From: Candidatus Nitrospira inopinata
GTDB lineage: Bacteria; Nitrospirota; Nitrospiria; Nitrospirales; Nitrospiraceae
DNA: 32,000 bases
Direction: 5' to 3'
Assembly (NCBI RefSeq): GCF_001458695.1
Contig: NZ_LN885086.1
Coordinates: 840,001-872,000, forward strand
Each line of letters opens with the position of its first letter. Within the stretch, counting starts at the first letter, position 1. Made by a program: the position numbers and the translations under genes. Below the pieces are notes generated by a model that saw nothing but the letters and a program-made list of their open reading frames with translations, searched no databases and had not been told where the DNA came from. Shown here piece by piece: positions 9,245 through 17,178 of this stretch.

Positions 9245-9297
9245 AATGACGCTCGCGGAGGAGAGAAATCGGTCGATGGCCTCCCTCTTTCCGCCCC

Positions 9298-9326
9298 TTG
9301 CGCACCACGGTCAGTTTCAGTACAAT
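9298..9326 (+). promoter_or_regulatory. Candidate sigma-70 promoter for the small membrane protein gene
   Basis: TTGCGC, a 17-nt spacer, then TACAAT, about 45 nt upstream of ATG 9371. Confidence 0.35.
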
Positions 9327-9370
9327 CGGCCCTCTCGCGAAGAGTCTTTTTTGTCGCTTGGAGGGTAGAC

Positions 9371-9562
9371 ATGAGAAAACAAGGGTTATGGATGAGCATC
9401 TTCGCGGTAGCCGGATGGCTTGCCGCCCCGTTAACGGTCATGGCAAACGCTCCCGCCGAAGGCGGCCCCCCGGACTATAGTGGAATTACCGCGTTTTATT
9501 ACACGTTGATCGCGGTGGTTCTCGGCTACGGCGTCTACGATACCTTTTTCAAGAAATCCTGA
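9371..9562 (+). CDS. Small (63 aa) secreted or membrane protein, hypothetical
   Basis: Strong SD: GGAGGG 5 nt upstream of the ATG. There is an N-terminal signal-like helix (WMSIFAVAGWLAAPLTVMANA) and a C-terminal TM helix (ITAFYYTLIAVVLGYGVY). Confidence 0.6.
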   Translation: MRKQGLWMSIFAVAGWLAAPLTVMANAPAEGGPPDYSGITAFYYTLIAVVLGYGVYDTFFKKS

Positions 9563-9651
9563 TTCAACGCCGTCGCTCCTTGAACAACAGTGACGAATAT
9601 CTCTCCTGGGCCTTCGGCCGGATGGAGGGAAAGGGTCTCTCCTGTATTTCG

Positions 9652-9665
9652 CCCCTGCGAAGGGG
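9652..9665. terminator. Weak hairpin between convergent genes
   Basis: A 5-bp stem CCCCT/AGGGG with a GCGA tetraloop. A T-run follows at 9674-9678. The stem is short, so confidence is low. Confidence 0.2.
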
Positions 9666-9676
9666 GTGGTGCATTT

Positions 9677-10342
9677 TTAGAATTTCCTCTTTCGCTCCTG
9701 AAGGACAGGGGTGAGCACTTTCAGGATCTGCTCGACGACAATCTCATACCCCTCTTTTGTCGGATGAATGCCGTCGGCCTGATTCAGCTTCGAAGAAGCG
9801 GCGACCCCCTCTAGAAAAAAAGGAATCAGCGGCAGGCGATACCGGTTCGCAAGGGCCGGATAGATTGACTCGAACTGTTCCGTGTACTCTCGCCCGTAGT
9901 TGGGGGGCAGTTTCATGCCGGCCAAAATGACGGTCACGTCGGCTTGCCGCAATTGCCGGATGATGTGATCAAGGTTGTTTTTCGTCTGTTCAAGACCGAG
10001 CCCTCTGAGTCCATCATTCGCGCCAAGCTCCAAGATGACGATCTCCGGTTTGGCGGAGAGGACCCAACCCACGCGCCGAAGTCCTCCGGCCGTCGTATCG
10101 CCGCTCACCCCGGCGTTGATCACCTGATATCGGAACCCAAGCTCTTCCAATCGCCTTTGAAGCTGAGCCGGATAGGCATCATCCCTCTTGACTCCAAGTC
10201 CGGCCGTGAGGCTGTCGCCGAAGGCCACGATACGAGGTTTGATCTCCGTCGTTCCGGTCGATTCTCCCCATACCGTCAGCGTGGGAAACAACAGAATGAG
10301 CACGGCAACCCAGATCCGATACGCACGCCGGCCTTCGTTCAT
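9677..10342 (-). CDS. tesA: SGNH/GDSL arylesterase, TesA-like (acyl-CoA thioesterase I / lysophospholipase L1)
   Basis: Blocks IVAFGDSLTAGLG, GVSGDTTAGG, ELGANDGLRG and ADGIHPT are present. With a start at ATG 10342 the N-terminus is a signal peptide. The gene is divergent from ybbA-ybbP, as in E. coli. Confidence 0.85.
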   Translation of the reverse strand: MNEGRRAYRIWVAVLILLFPTLTVWGESTGTTEIKPRIVAFGDSLTAGLGVKRDDAYPAQLQRRLEELGFRYQVINAGVSGDTTAGGLRRVGWVLSAKPEIVILELGANDGLRGLGLEQTKNNLDHIIRQLRQADVTVILAGMKLPPNYGREYTEQFESIYPALANRYRLPLIPFFLEGVAASSKLNQADGIHPTKEGYEIVVEQILKVLTPVLQERKRKF

Positions 10343-10425
10343 GGTCTGACGCAATGATCCGCCTCCCTTCGTCGCATACAGTATAATACCCTCGGACTTC
10401 ATAGATCTGAACACGCGACGCAGCC

Positions 10426-11145
10426 ATGATCAGAGTGACCAATGTCTCCATGACCCTTCCTGCGGCCGGCCGGTCCGTGCCCATTTTGAAGGAAATTTCT
10501 TTGTGGATTCCCCCCAAACAGTCAGTCGCCATCGTGGGTCCGTCAGGAAGCGGGAAATCCACCCTGTTGGGGTTAATGGCCGGCCTCGATCGCCCGACGA
10601 CCGGATCGATCGAGCTTGATGGAACCGACATCACGACGCTCTTGGAAGGGGAGATGGCCCGGTTTCGCCGAGAGAAGATCGGCTACATCTTTCAATCGTT
10701 TCATTTGATTCCGACACTGACGGCCATTGAGAACGTGATGGTCCCCTTGGAATTGAACGGAGCGCGTGATGCCGACCGACGGGCGGCTGATTTATTGACG
10801 GCCGTCGGGTTGTCTGACCGCATGGGACATTATCCGGTGCAGCTATCCGGAGGCGAACAACAACGGGTCGCCGTGGCGCGCGCGTTTGCCTGCCGCCCTC
10901 CCATTCTCTTGGCCGACGAGCCGACCGGAAACCTTGACAGCGCGACCGGCTCGCAGATCATCGACCTCTTGCTCTCGCTTCACCACGACCATGGAATCAC
11001 TCTGGTGCTCGTCACTCACGATCACGCCTTGGCGGCCTCGATGCAGCGGGTGGTCGCTCTGCGCGACGGCCGTCTGGAATCGGACTCGTTGGTGGCTTCC
11101 GCTCTTCCCTCGGATCTCCTCGTCTCTCAAGGAAACGCTGAATGA
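10426..11145 (+). CDS. ybbA: ABC transporter ATP-binding protein (YbbA / LolD-like)
   Basis: Walker [10 protein letters not shown], signature [14 protein letters not shown], Walker [13 protein letters not shown]. Confidence 0.9.
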   Translation: MIRVTNVSMTLPAAGRSVPILKEISLWIPPKQSVAIVGPSGSGKSTLLGLMAGLDRPTTGSIELDGTDITTLLEGEMARFRREKIGYIFQSFHLIPTLTAIENVMVPLELNGARDADRRAADLLTAVGLSDRMGHYPVQLSGGEQQRVAVARAFACRPPILLADEPTGNLDSATGSQIIDLLLSLHHDHGITLVLVTHDHALAASMQRVVALRDGRLESDSLVASALPSDLLVSQGNAE

Positions 11146-11196
11146 GACTTCGCCTCCTCTACGCATGCCCGCCGGCACCGTGAGCGGATCATTACG

Positions 11197-13866
11197 ATGA
11201 CTTTCTTCGCCCTAAAGATGGCGTGGCGCGAAACACGCGCGGCCTGGAGACACTTTCTGTATTTCTTGGTCTGTATCGCCGTCGGCGTGGGAGCCTTGAC
11301 CGGTGTCTCTCTTTTTGGAGCCCAAGTTGAGCAAGCGGTCACCAAAGAGGCGCGCAGCCTTCTGGGCGGCGACCTTGAGATCCGGTTGACCAGGCAGATC
11401 AGCGCGGAGGGTCGGGTGGTTTTGGATTCGCTCCGCGATCGCGGCGTGATCGTGACGCACATCAGCGAACTCATCGCCATGGCGGCGAACGCTTCTTTCC
11501 CGACGGCGGGGCAACCGACGCAAATCATCGAGCTCAAGGCCGTCGAACCGCAATACCCGCTCTATGGCTCGCTCCGTCTGGAGCCTGAGGAGAAGTTGGG
11601 GAACCTTCTTCGCCCCCAAGCTCGCGCATGCCCCGATCATCCTTGCTTCGGAGTGGTCGTTGAGGAGTCTCTGTTAATCAGAATGGGGCTTGCCGTAGGC
11701 GATCGGCTCAAGATCGGTCAAGGACGATTCATCATTACCGGCGTCGTCAGGACGGAGCCGGATCGCGTGGCGAACATGTTCAGTCTCGGCCCCCGAGTGT
11801 TCATGTCTCAAGAGGGGCTCCACGAAGCCGAGCTGATCAAAGTGGGAAGTCGGATCCGCGAGCGATACGTGCTCAAACTTCCCGACTCCCTGTCGGCCGA
11901 ATCGCTGTTGTATGAATTGCGCGGGCGGCTTGCGTCGGACGCGGCGCGCGTCACGGGATACCGCGACGCGCAACCGCAATTGAAACGGTCCGTGGATCAA
12001 CTGACCCGTTATTTGGGTCTGATCGGATTGACGGCCCTGTTCGTGGGAGGAGCGGGGGTGGCGACTTCCGTTCACGCCTTTGTCCGAGAAAAGCTCGCCA
12101 CGATCGCCATTCTCAAAACGATCGGCGCGGATTCCCCGACCATCATCCGAACGTACGTATTACAAGCCGTGGGCCTTGGACTGATAGGAAGCGCCGTCGG
12201 GCTGTTCATCGGCGTGCTTCTCTACCAAGGATTGCCATGGGTCTTTACTGCGCTGATAAGTTCGGCCCTTCTCGACCAATTGGGGTTTTCCGAGAGCAAG
12301 CTGTTCCTTTCTCCCGCCCCCTTTCTCAAGGGATTGGCGCTCGGCGTCCTGTCTTCGCTGCTTTTTACCCTCTGGCCCTTGCTGACGATCCGCGATGTGA
12401 AGCCGGCGTGGATTTTTCGACGCGACGTCGACCCCTTCCGCCCATTGGATCATCCGGCAACGGTTCGATGGCGGATGTTTGGAAAAACGTTCGATCAGAC
12501 GGGCCTGCTCGCGTTCCTGGGGATCGGGACCGGATTGACGTTATTATCCATGTGGCAAGCCGGGTCCTGGAAGATCGGTGCTCTTTTTATTTTCTCATTT
12601 GCCGTCGCGGTCTTGCTGTTGGCGCTTTCAGCCCGTCTCGCGCTCTTCAGCCTCAAGAAATGGTCTCGCCCGCGGTATCTCCCCTTGCGCCAGGCGGTCG
12701 GCAACATCAAACGTCCCGGCAGCCAGGTCACCGGCATCACGATCGCCGTCGGAATGGGCGTCATGGTGATGACCACGGTGGCGCTCGTTGAACGGGCGCT
12801 GCTCGATCAAATGAATGAGAGTCGGCCGACCGATTCTCCTTCCTTTTTCTTTATCGACATCCAGCCGGATCAGGCGGAAGAATTCGCCGCTCTCCTGCGC
12901 GCTCGATCGGGCGATCGGGCGCCACAGTTGACGCCGCTGGTGCGCGCCAGGATTTCCGCCTTGAAGGGTGTTCCGATCACGGTCGACGCGATGTCCGAGC
13001 GGGAGGATCGGCAAGAGCAATCGGCGGACAAGGAAGAGGCGCGAAAGAACTGGTTCCTGTCCCGAGAGTACGCGTTGACCTTCCTCCAAGACCTTCCCAA
13101 GGACAACAGGATCGTGCGCGGCGAATGGTGGAAGCCCGGTCAAGCCTTCGCCACCCCCCTCATCTCGCTCGAGGAGGACGCGGCGAAACAACTGGGCCTT
13201 GAAATAGGCGATTCCGTGGAATTTGACATCCAGGGCACGCCCGTCAGCGGAGAGGTGCGCAGCATTCGACACGTCGAATGGGGCAACTTCTCGACGAACT
13301 TCTATATGATTTTTTCCCCGGGCGCATTGGACGGAGCGCCGCATACCTATGTCGCCACCGTTCGTGTCCCCCCGTCGGAAGAAGTGGCGCTCCAGCAGGC
13401 AGTGGTCTCCTCGTTTCCCAATGTGACGGCCATCAACGTCGGAGACGTTCTCGGCAGTTTCGCTCAAGTGGTCGATCGGCTGTCTCTTGCCATCCAGGCC
13501 GTGGCCTTGTTCTGCGTCCTGTCCGGAAGTCTCGTCATGGCGGCCGCGCTGGCTGCGACGCGCTATCGGCGGCTCTACGAATCTCTGATTCTGAAAGCCT
13601 TGGGAGCGACACGCGGGGTTCTCGCGCAAACGTTCGCCCTTGAGTACGCCCTGTTGGGGGCCCTGGGTGGACTGTCGGGAATCCTGCTGGCAAGCGTCTT
13701 GTCGTGGGCGGCTCTGTCCCTGATATTTGATCTCGGTTGGAGCCTCCAGCCAATGATCTTGGTCGGGAGCCTCTTCACAACCATGGCTCTGACCACGATG
13801 GTCGGCTTTCTGAGCACCTATCGAATTCTTGGCCAGCCTCCCCTATCCGTCCTGCGTCACGAATAG
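11197..13866 (+). CDS. ybbP: FtsX-like ABC permease with duplicated FtsX domains (YbbP family)
   Basis: 889 aa. Two TM clusters are separated by large soluble loops. It lies immediately downstream of ybbA, and the N-terminus MTFFALKMAWRETRAAWRHF is typical of the family. Confidence 0.9.
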   Translation: MTFFALKMAWRETRAAWRHFLYFLVCIAVGVGALTGVSLFGAQVEQAVTKEARSLLGGDLEIRLTRQISAEGRVVLDSLRDRGVIVTHISELIAMAANASFPTAGQPTQIIELKAVEPQYPLYGSLRLEPEEKLGNLLRPQARACPDHPCFGVVVEESLLIRMGLAVGDRLKIGQGRFIITGVVRTEPDRVANMFSLGPRVFMSQEGLHEAELIKVGSRIRERYVLKLPDSLSAESLLYELRGRLASDAARVTGYRDAQPQLKRSVDQLTRYLGLIGLTALFVGGAGVATSVHAFVREKLATIAILKTIGADSPTIIRTYVLQAVGLGLIGSAVGLFIGVLLYQGLPWVFTALISSALLDQLGFSESKLFLSPAPFLKGLALGVLSSLLFTLWPLLTIRDVKPAWIFRRDVDPFRPLDHPATVRWRMFGKTFDQTGLLAFLGIGTGLTLLSMWQAGSWKIGALFIFSFAVAVLLLALSARLALFSLKKWSRPRYLPLRQAVGNIKRPGSQVTGITIAVGMGVMVMTTVALVERALLDQMNESRPTDSPSFFFIDIQPDQAEEFAALLRARSGDRAPQLTPLVRARISALKGVPITVDAMSEREDRQEQSADKEEARKNWFLSREYALTFLQDLPKDNRIVRGEWWKPGQAFATPLISLEEDAAKQLGLEIGDSVEFDIQGTPVSGEVRSIRHVEWGNFSTNFYMIFSPGALDGAPHTYVATVRVPPSEEVALQQAVVSSFPNVTAINVGDVLGSFAQVVDRLSLAIQAVALFCVLSGSLVMAAALAATRYRRLYESLILKALGATRGVLAQTFALEYALLGALGGLSGILLASVLSWAALSLIFDLGWSLQPMILVGSLFTTMALTTMVGFLSTYRILGQPPLSVLRHE

Positions 13867-14047
13867 CTGATCCCGCTACTGAATCGGGATAGGCATCGAT
13901 TTGGGACAAACCGGATCCTCATCTTCACACCTTTTTATTAGGAGGCCGGCTTGGCGATCCCACCCGCACTTCTAAAAGGGAAACTTTCGAAATTGTTTGG
14001 GCTGCCGTTGTTCGGCGTAAGACGTCGGACTGTGCCTTCACCCATCG

Positions 14048-14075
14048 CCCAAGGCTCCCGTCAGGGAGCCTTGGG
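14048..14075. repeat. Perfect 12-bp inverted repeat with a 4-nt loop (stable hairpin)
   Basis: CCCAAGGCTCCC-gtca-GGGAGCCTTGGG. No U-tract follows on either strand. It lies in the 360-bp ybbP-downstream spacer. Confidence 0.5.
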
Positions 14076-14226
14076 CGAAATGAGAACCCGTCCGAATTCC
14101 CCACGGCCTCTGTCGATCTCGCGCAAATCAATCTCTCAACTCGTTGAATTTCATGGTTAAAATGCCCAACATTTGGATGGAACACTTGTGGTAGGCTAAA
14201 CTTGGCTGCGGCAAAAGAGGGAGGCC

Positions 14227-14505
14227 ATGGCGGGAATTGTCAAGGAAAGAAAGCGGTCGTTGCGCATCCCCTCACGGATCGTGTTGCCATTTGGGTATCG
14301 GATTACCGTGAGGCAACTGTCGGACGCGGAAATGGACAGGCGCGACGAGAATGCCGACGGCATCTGGGATGACGAATCAAAGACCATTTATATCCGCAAA
14401 CGGCTCCCTGTCACCCGTCGTCGATATATCCTGGCCCACGAGCTGGGCCATGCCTGGCTGGACTGGCAGCATCGGTACATGGACGACGGCAAAGCCAGTA
14501 CGTAG
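14227..14505 (+). CDS. 92-aa HEXXH mini-protein, ImmA/IrrE (M78)-like zinc metallopeptidase motif
   Basis: AGAGGGAGG lies just upstream of the ATG. TIYIRKRLPVTRRRYILAHELGHAWLDWQH resembles the ImmA/IrrE active-site strand-helix. The protein ends 17 aa after the motif. Confidence 0.6.
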   Translation: MAGIVKERKRSLRIPSRIVLPFGYRITVRQLSDAEMDRRDENADGIWDDESKTIYIRKRLPVTRRRYILAHELGHAWLDWQHRYMDDGKAST

Positions 14506-14536
14506 GTCGACACGTCTCTCCTTCGCTCTTCTCGAG

Positions 14537-15010
14537 CTACTCGGCTGGCTTTTCCATGGACAGGATGTGCTCCCACTCCTGCCGGCTGACCGGCTGCACT
14601 GAGAGGCGCGACCCTTTTTGGAGCAAGAGCATGTTCCGAAGAAGCCGTTCTTTCCGTAATTCATGCAAAGAAAGGGGACGGGACAGTTTCCTCACGTACT
14701 TGATGTCCACCATGTCCCATCGAGGATCGGAAGGACGGCTGGCCGAATCGTAGTGTTTGTCCTTCTTATCGAATTGCGTGGGGTCCGGATAGGCGGTTTT
14801 CACGACACGAGCGATTCCGACCACCGCCGGAGGGTTGTCGTTGCTGTGATAGAAGAGCACCAAATCGCCGACGGCCATTTCCCGCATGTAATTCCGCGCC
14901 TGATAGTTCCGCACCCCGTCCCAACAGGTCGTTTGTTCGGGAGCGTGTTGTAAGTCATCAATGGAAAAGACGGAGGGCTCCGATTTCATCAGCCAGTATC
15001 GCACGGCCAT
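14537..15010 (-). CDS. EVE (PUA-like) domain protein
   Basis: MAVRYWLMKSEPSVFSIDDL ... WDGVRNYQARNYMREMAVGDLVLFYHSN is a canonical EVE N-terminus. GAGGGG lies 8 nt upstream of the ATG. Confidence 0.85.
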   Translation of the reverse strand: MAVRYWLMKSEPSVFSIDDLQHAPEQTTCWDGVRNYQARNYMREMAVGDLVLFYHSNDNPPAVVGIARVVKTAYPDPTQFDKKDKHYDSASRPSDPRWDMVDIKYVRKLSRPLSLHELRKERLLRNMLLLQKGSRLSVQPVSRQEWEHILSMEKPAE

Positions 15011-15106
15011 AGCCTGATCCCCTCGCTCGTTCGGCCTTGTTATGGACGCTTCGACTCCTCACTGAACAAGAAGGCCCTCTTTCCTCTCGACACGGAGATG
15101 CCGATC

Positions 15107-15490
15107 CTAACGGGAGCGCCTTTCTATCACTTCGATCAGGACTCGATAAGTAATTTCCCTAGTTTTCGCCTTTCCGATCTGCGTTTGACCCCCGTCGATG
15201 TTTTCCTCTATCCAGACCCGCTCGCGCACGTGCGGGGCAACCTCGTCGCACAAACTCCACATGGTGTGGAGAAAGGTCTCGGACAGACCCACTTGGATTC
15301 CCTCGGACTCGATACGGTCGTCCAACAGGGCGAGCAGGTCGGAAATGGCGTCATGGGATCGGTAGGGTGCGGGACTGAATCCAAATCGCTCGGTGGCGAT
15401 CTCCTCCTGCACGGCCTGTTCCACCAGGTCCTGCATATAGGTTTTCAGGAGTCCGATGACGTGACCCGAAAATGGCGGAGCCGCTTCCAT
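15107..15490 (-). CDS. Hypothetical acidic, probably helical protein (127 aa)
   Basis: The third codon position is G/C in roughly 70% of codons by hand count, which fits coding DNA. The gene is 96 nt upstream of, and co-directional with, the EVE gene. I recognise no family. Confidence 0.55.
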   Translation of the reverse strand: MEAAPPFSGHVIGLLKTYMQDLVEQAVQEEIATERFGFSPAPYRSHDAISDLLALLDDRIESEGIQVGLSETFLHTMWSLCDEVAPHVRERVWIEENIDGGQTQIGKAKTREITYRVLIEVIERRSR

Positions 15491-15598
15491 GTCCCATTAT
15501 CGGATTTCTCCCGGAACGGAGCAAGCGGACAAAGTCCGGTCCTCATAGTTGACCGGCCGGCGGTCCGTTCTCTAAGATCGCGCAGGGCTCTCAAGGCC

Positions 15599-16477
15599 AT
15601 GAGGAATGTCGTGCCGACTCGTCCAACCGGGCAATACGAGATCTCGATCCAGACGGCGGCGGGCCGCGTGACGACGGCGGTGGACGTTCCCACTGCGTTT
15701 ATTCCCGTCACCGCCATCACTCCTTTGTTACGGCGATTGGGAGAAGAAGCTCAGCGATTGGAAGCGACGCGAGCCTCCGAAGAAGGTCGGCGGTGTTCCT
15801 GTGCCAAAGGATGCGCGGCCTGCTGCCGAATGTTGGTTCCGCTCTCTCCCCCGGAGGCCTTTCGTCTGATGGAGGTTATTCGCCTGTTACCCATTGAGCA
15901 ACAAGATCGTATTGCCGCACGGTTGGAACAATCCAAAGCCCTTCTCCTCTCTCACGGCATCTGGCAACGGCTTCTTGACGTGGGAGAATCTGAGCGACCG
16001 CTGAATGATGACGAACTGGCGCCTCTGAATGAGGCGTACTATTCCCTGAGGATGCCATGCCCGTTTCTTGAGGACGAGGTGTGTTCGATCTACGCCGAAC
16101 GGCCCTCTGCCTGCCGAGAGCTGTTGGTCACCTCGCCGCCGGATTATTGTCAAGATATGGCCAACAACCCGGTTGACGCCCTTCCGGTTCCCATTCGCGT
16201 CAGTACCGTCTTGGGATTGCTGTGGGGTGACCTGACCGGCACTCCCCCTCGGATGATCCCTCTTCCCATCCTCAAAAACTGGGTCGAACGCCACCGACCC
16301 GACAGTGAACGAACGTGGCAGGGTTTTTCCCTGCTTGAGGCCGCCCTCGACAAAATATGGCGGTTCCTCAGTCAGGCTCGGAACGGCTCACAAACCGAGC
16401 CTCTTCAGGGCAGGCCAATTCGCACAAGCGGAGTTCAGCAGGAGTTCGTTACAAGAATGGGAGAATCTGACCGATGA
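15599..16477 (+). CDS. YkgJ-family (CxxCxxCC) cysteine-cluster protein, putative Zn/Fe-chelating domain
   Basis: Motifs CSCAKGCAACCRM and MPCPFLEDEVCSIYAERPSACREL are present. This is the in-frame ATG at 15599 within track ORF 15098..16477. The upstream part of that ORF overlaps the better-supported minus-strand gene. Confidence 0.7.
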   Translation: MRNVVPTRPTGQYEISIQTAAGRVTTAVDVPTAFIPVTAITPLLRRLGEEAQRLEATRASEEGRRCSCAKGCAACCRMLVPLSPPEAFRLMEVIRLLPIEQQDRIAARLEQSKALLLSHGIWQRLLDVGESERPLNDDELAPLNEAYYSLRMPCPFLEDEVCSIYAERPSACRELLVTSPPDYCQDMANNPVDALPVPIRVSTVLGLLWGDLTGTPPRMIPLPILKNWVERHRPDSERTWQGFSLLEAALDKIWRFLSQARNGSQTEPLQGRPIRTSGVQQEFVTRMGESDR

Positions 16478-17091
16478 ACAAGCCCGTGATGGTCTGTTTG
16501 GATCTGGAAGGGGTGCTGGTCCCTGAAATCTGGATCAACGTCGCGTTGAAGACCGGTATCGAGGATTTGAAAATCACGACCCGCGAAATGCCGGATTACG
16601 ACAAGCTCATGAAACAACGTCTGGCGATTTTGGATCGTCATCATCTGAAGTTGGACGACATTCAAGAGGTCATTGCCGCTATGGGCCCCTTGGAGGGAGC
16701 CGCCGAGTTTCTTGGATGGCTCCGCGAACGATGCCAGGTCATCATCCTGTCCGATACGTTTTACCAATTTGCGCTTCCGCTTATGAGACAGTTAGGGTTT
16801 CCCACCTTATTTTGCAATCAACTGGAAGTGAACGACTCCGGTCGCATCGTCAACTACCACATGCGGATGCAGAACCAAAAGAAGCATGCCGTCGCAGCCT
16901 TCAAAGCCCTGAACTTTTGGATCATGGCTGCGGGAGACTCCTACAACGATACGGCCATGCTGGAGGAAGCGGACGCCGGGTTCTTCTTCAGACCTCCCGA
17001 TCACCTGCCGAAGGAGTTTCCACAATTTCCCGTCACGCGGACCTATGACGAACTGCGGGAACGATTCATGACGGCCGGGAAGTTTTGCTGA
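16474..17091 (+). CDS. thrH: ThrH-type HAD phosphoserine phosphatase / homoserine phosphotransferase
   Basis: CLDLEGVLVPEIWI, DYDKLMKQRL, ILSDTFYQFALPLMRQLGFPTL and AAGDSYNDTAML closely match my memory of Pseudomonas ThrH. The ATGA start/stop overlaps the preceding gene. Confidence 0.9.
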   Translation: MNKPVMVCLDLEGVLVPEIWINVALKTGIEDLKITTREMPDYDKLMKQRLAILDRHHLKLDDIQEVIAAMGPLEGAAEFLGWLRERCQVIILSDTFYQFALPLMRQLGFPTLFCNQLEVNDSGRIVNYHMRMQNQKKHAVAAFKALNFWIMAAGDSYNDTAMLEEADAGFFFRPPDHLPKEFPQFPVTRTYDELRERFMTAGKFC

Positions 17092-17178
17092 CGGCCGGCG
17101 GTTCGATATTCGGTGGGACGTCGAAGAGCGGTGCGGTACAAGGCGCGCCGCCCGCGAACAGGCCCTTCCAACTTGTCC

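Noticed and set aside
15098-15598. N-terminal 167 codons of the 459-aa plus-strand ORF
   Set aside because: This part overlaps the minus-strand 127-aa ORF, which has clear third-position G/C bias. The recognisable YkgJ-type domain starts well after the in-frame ATG at 15599.
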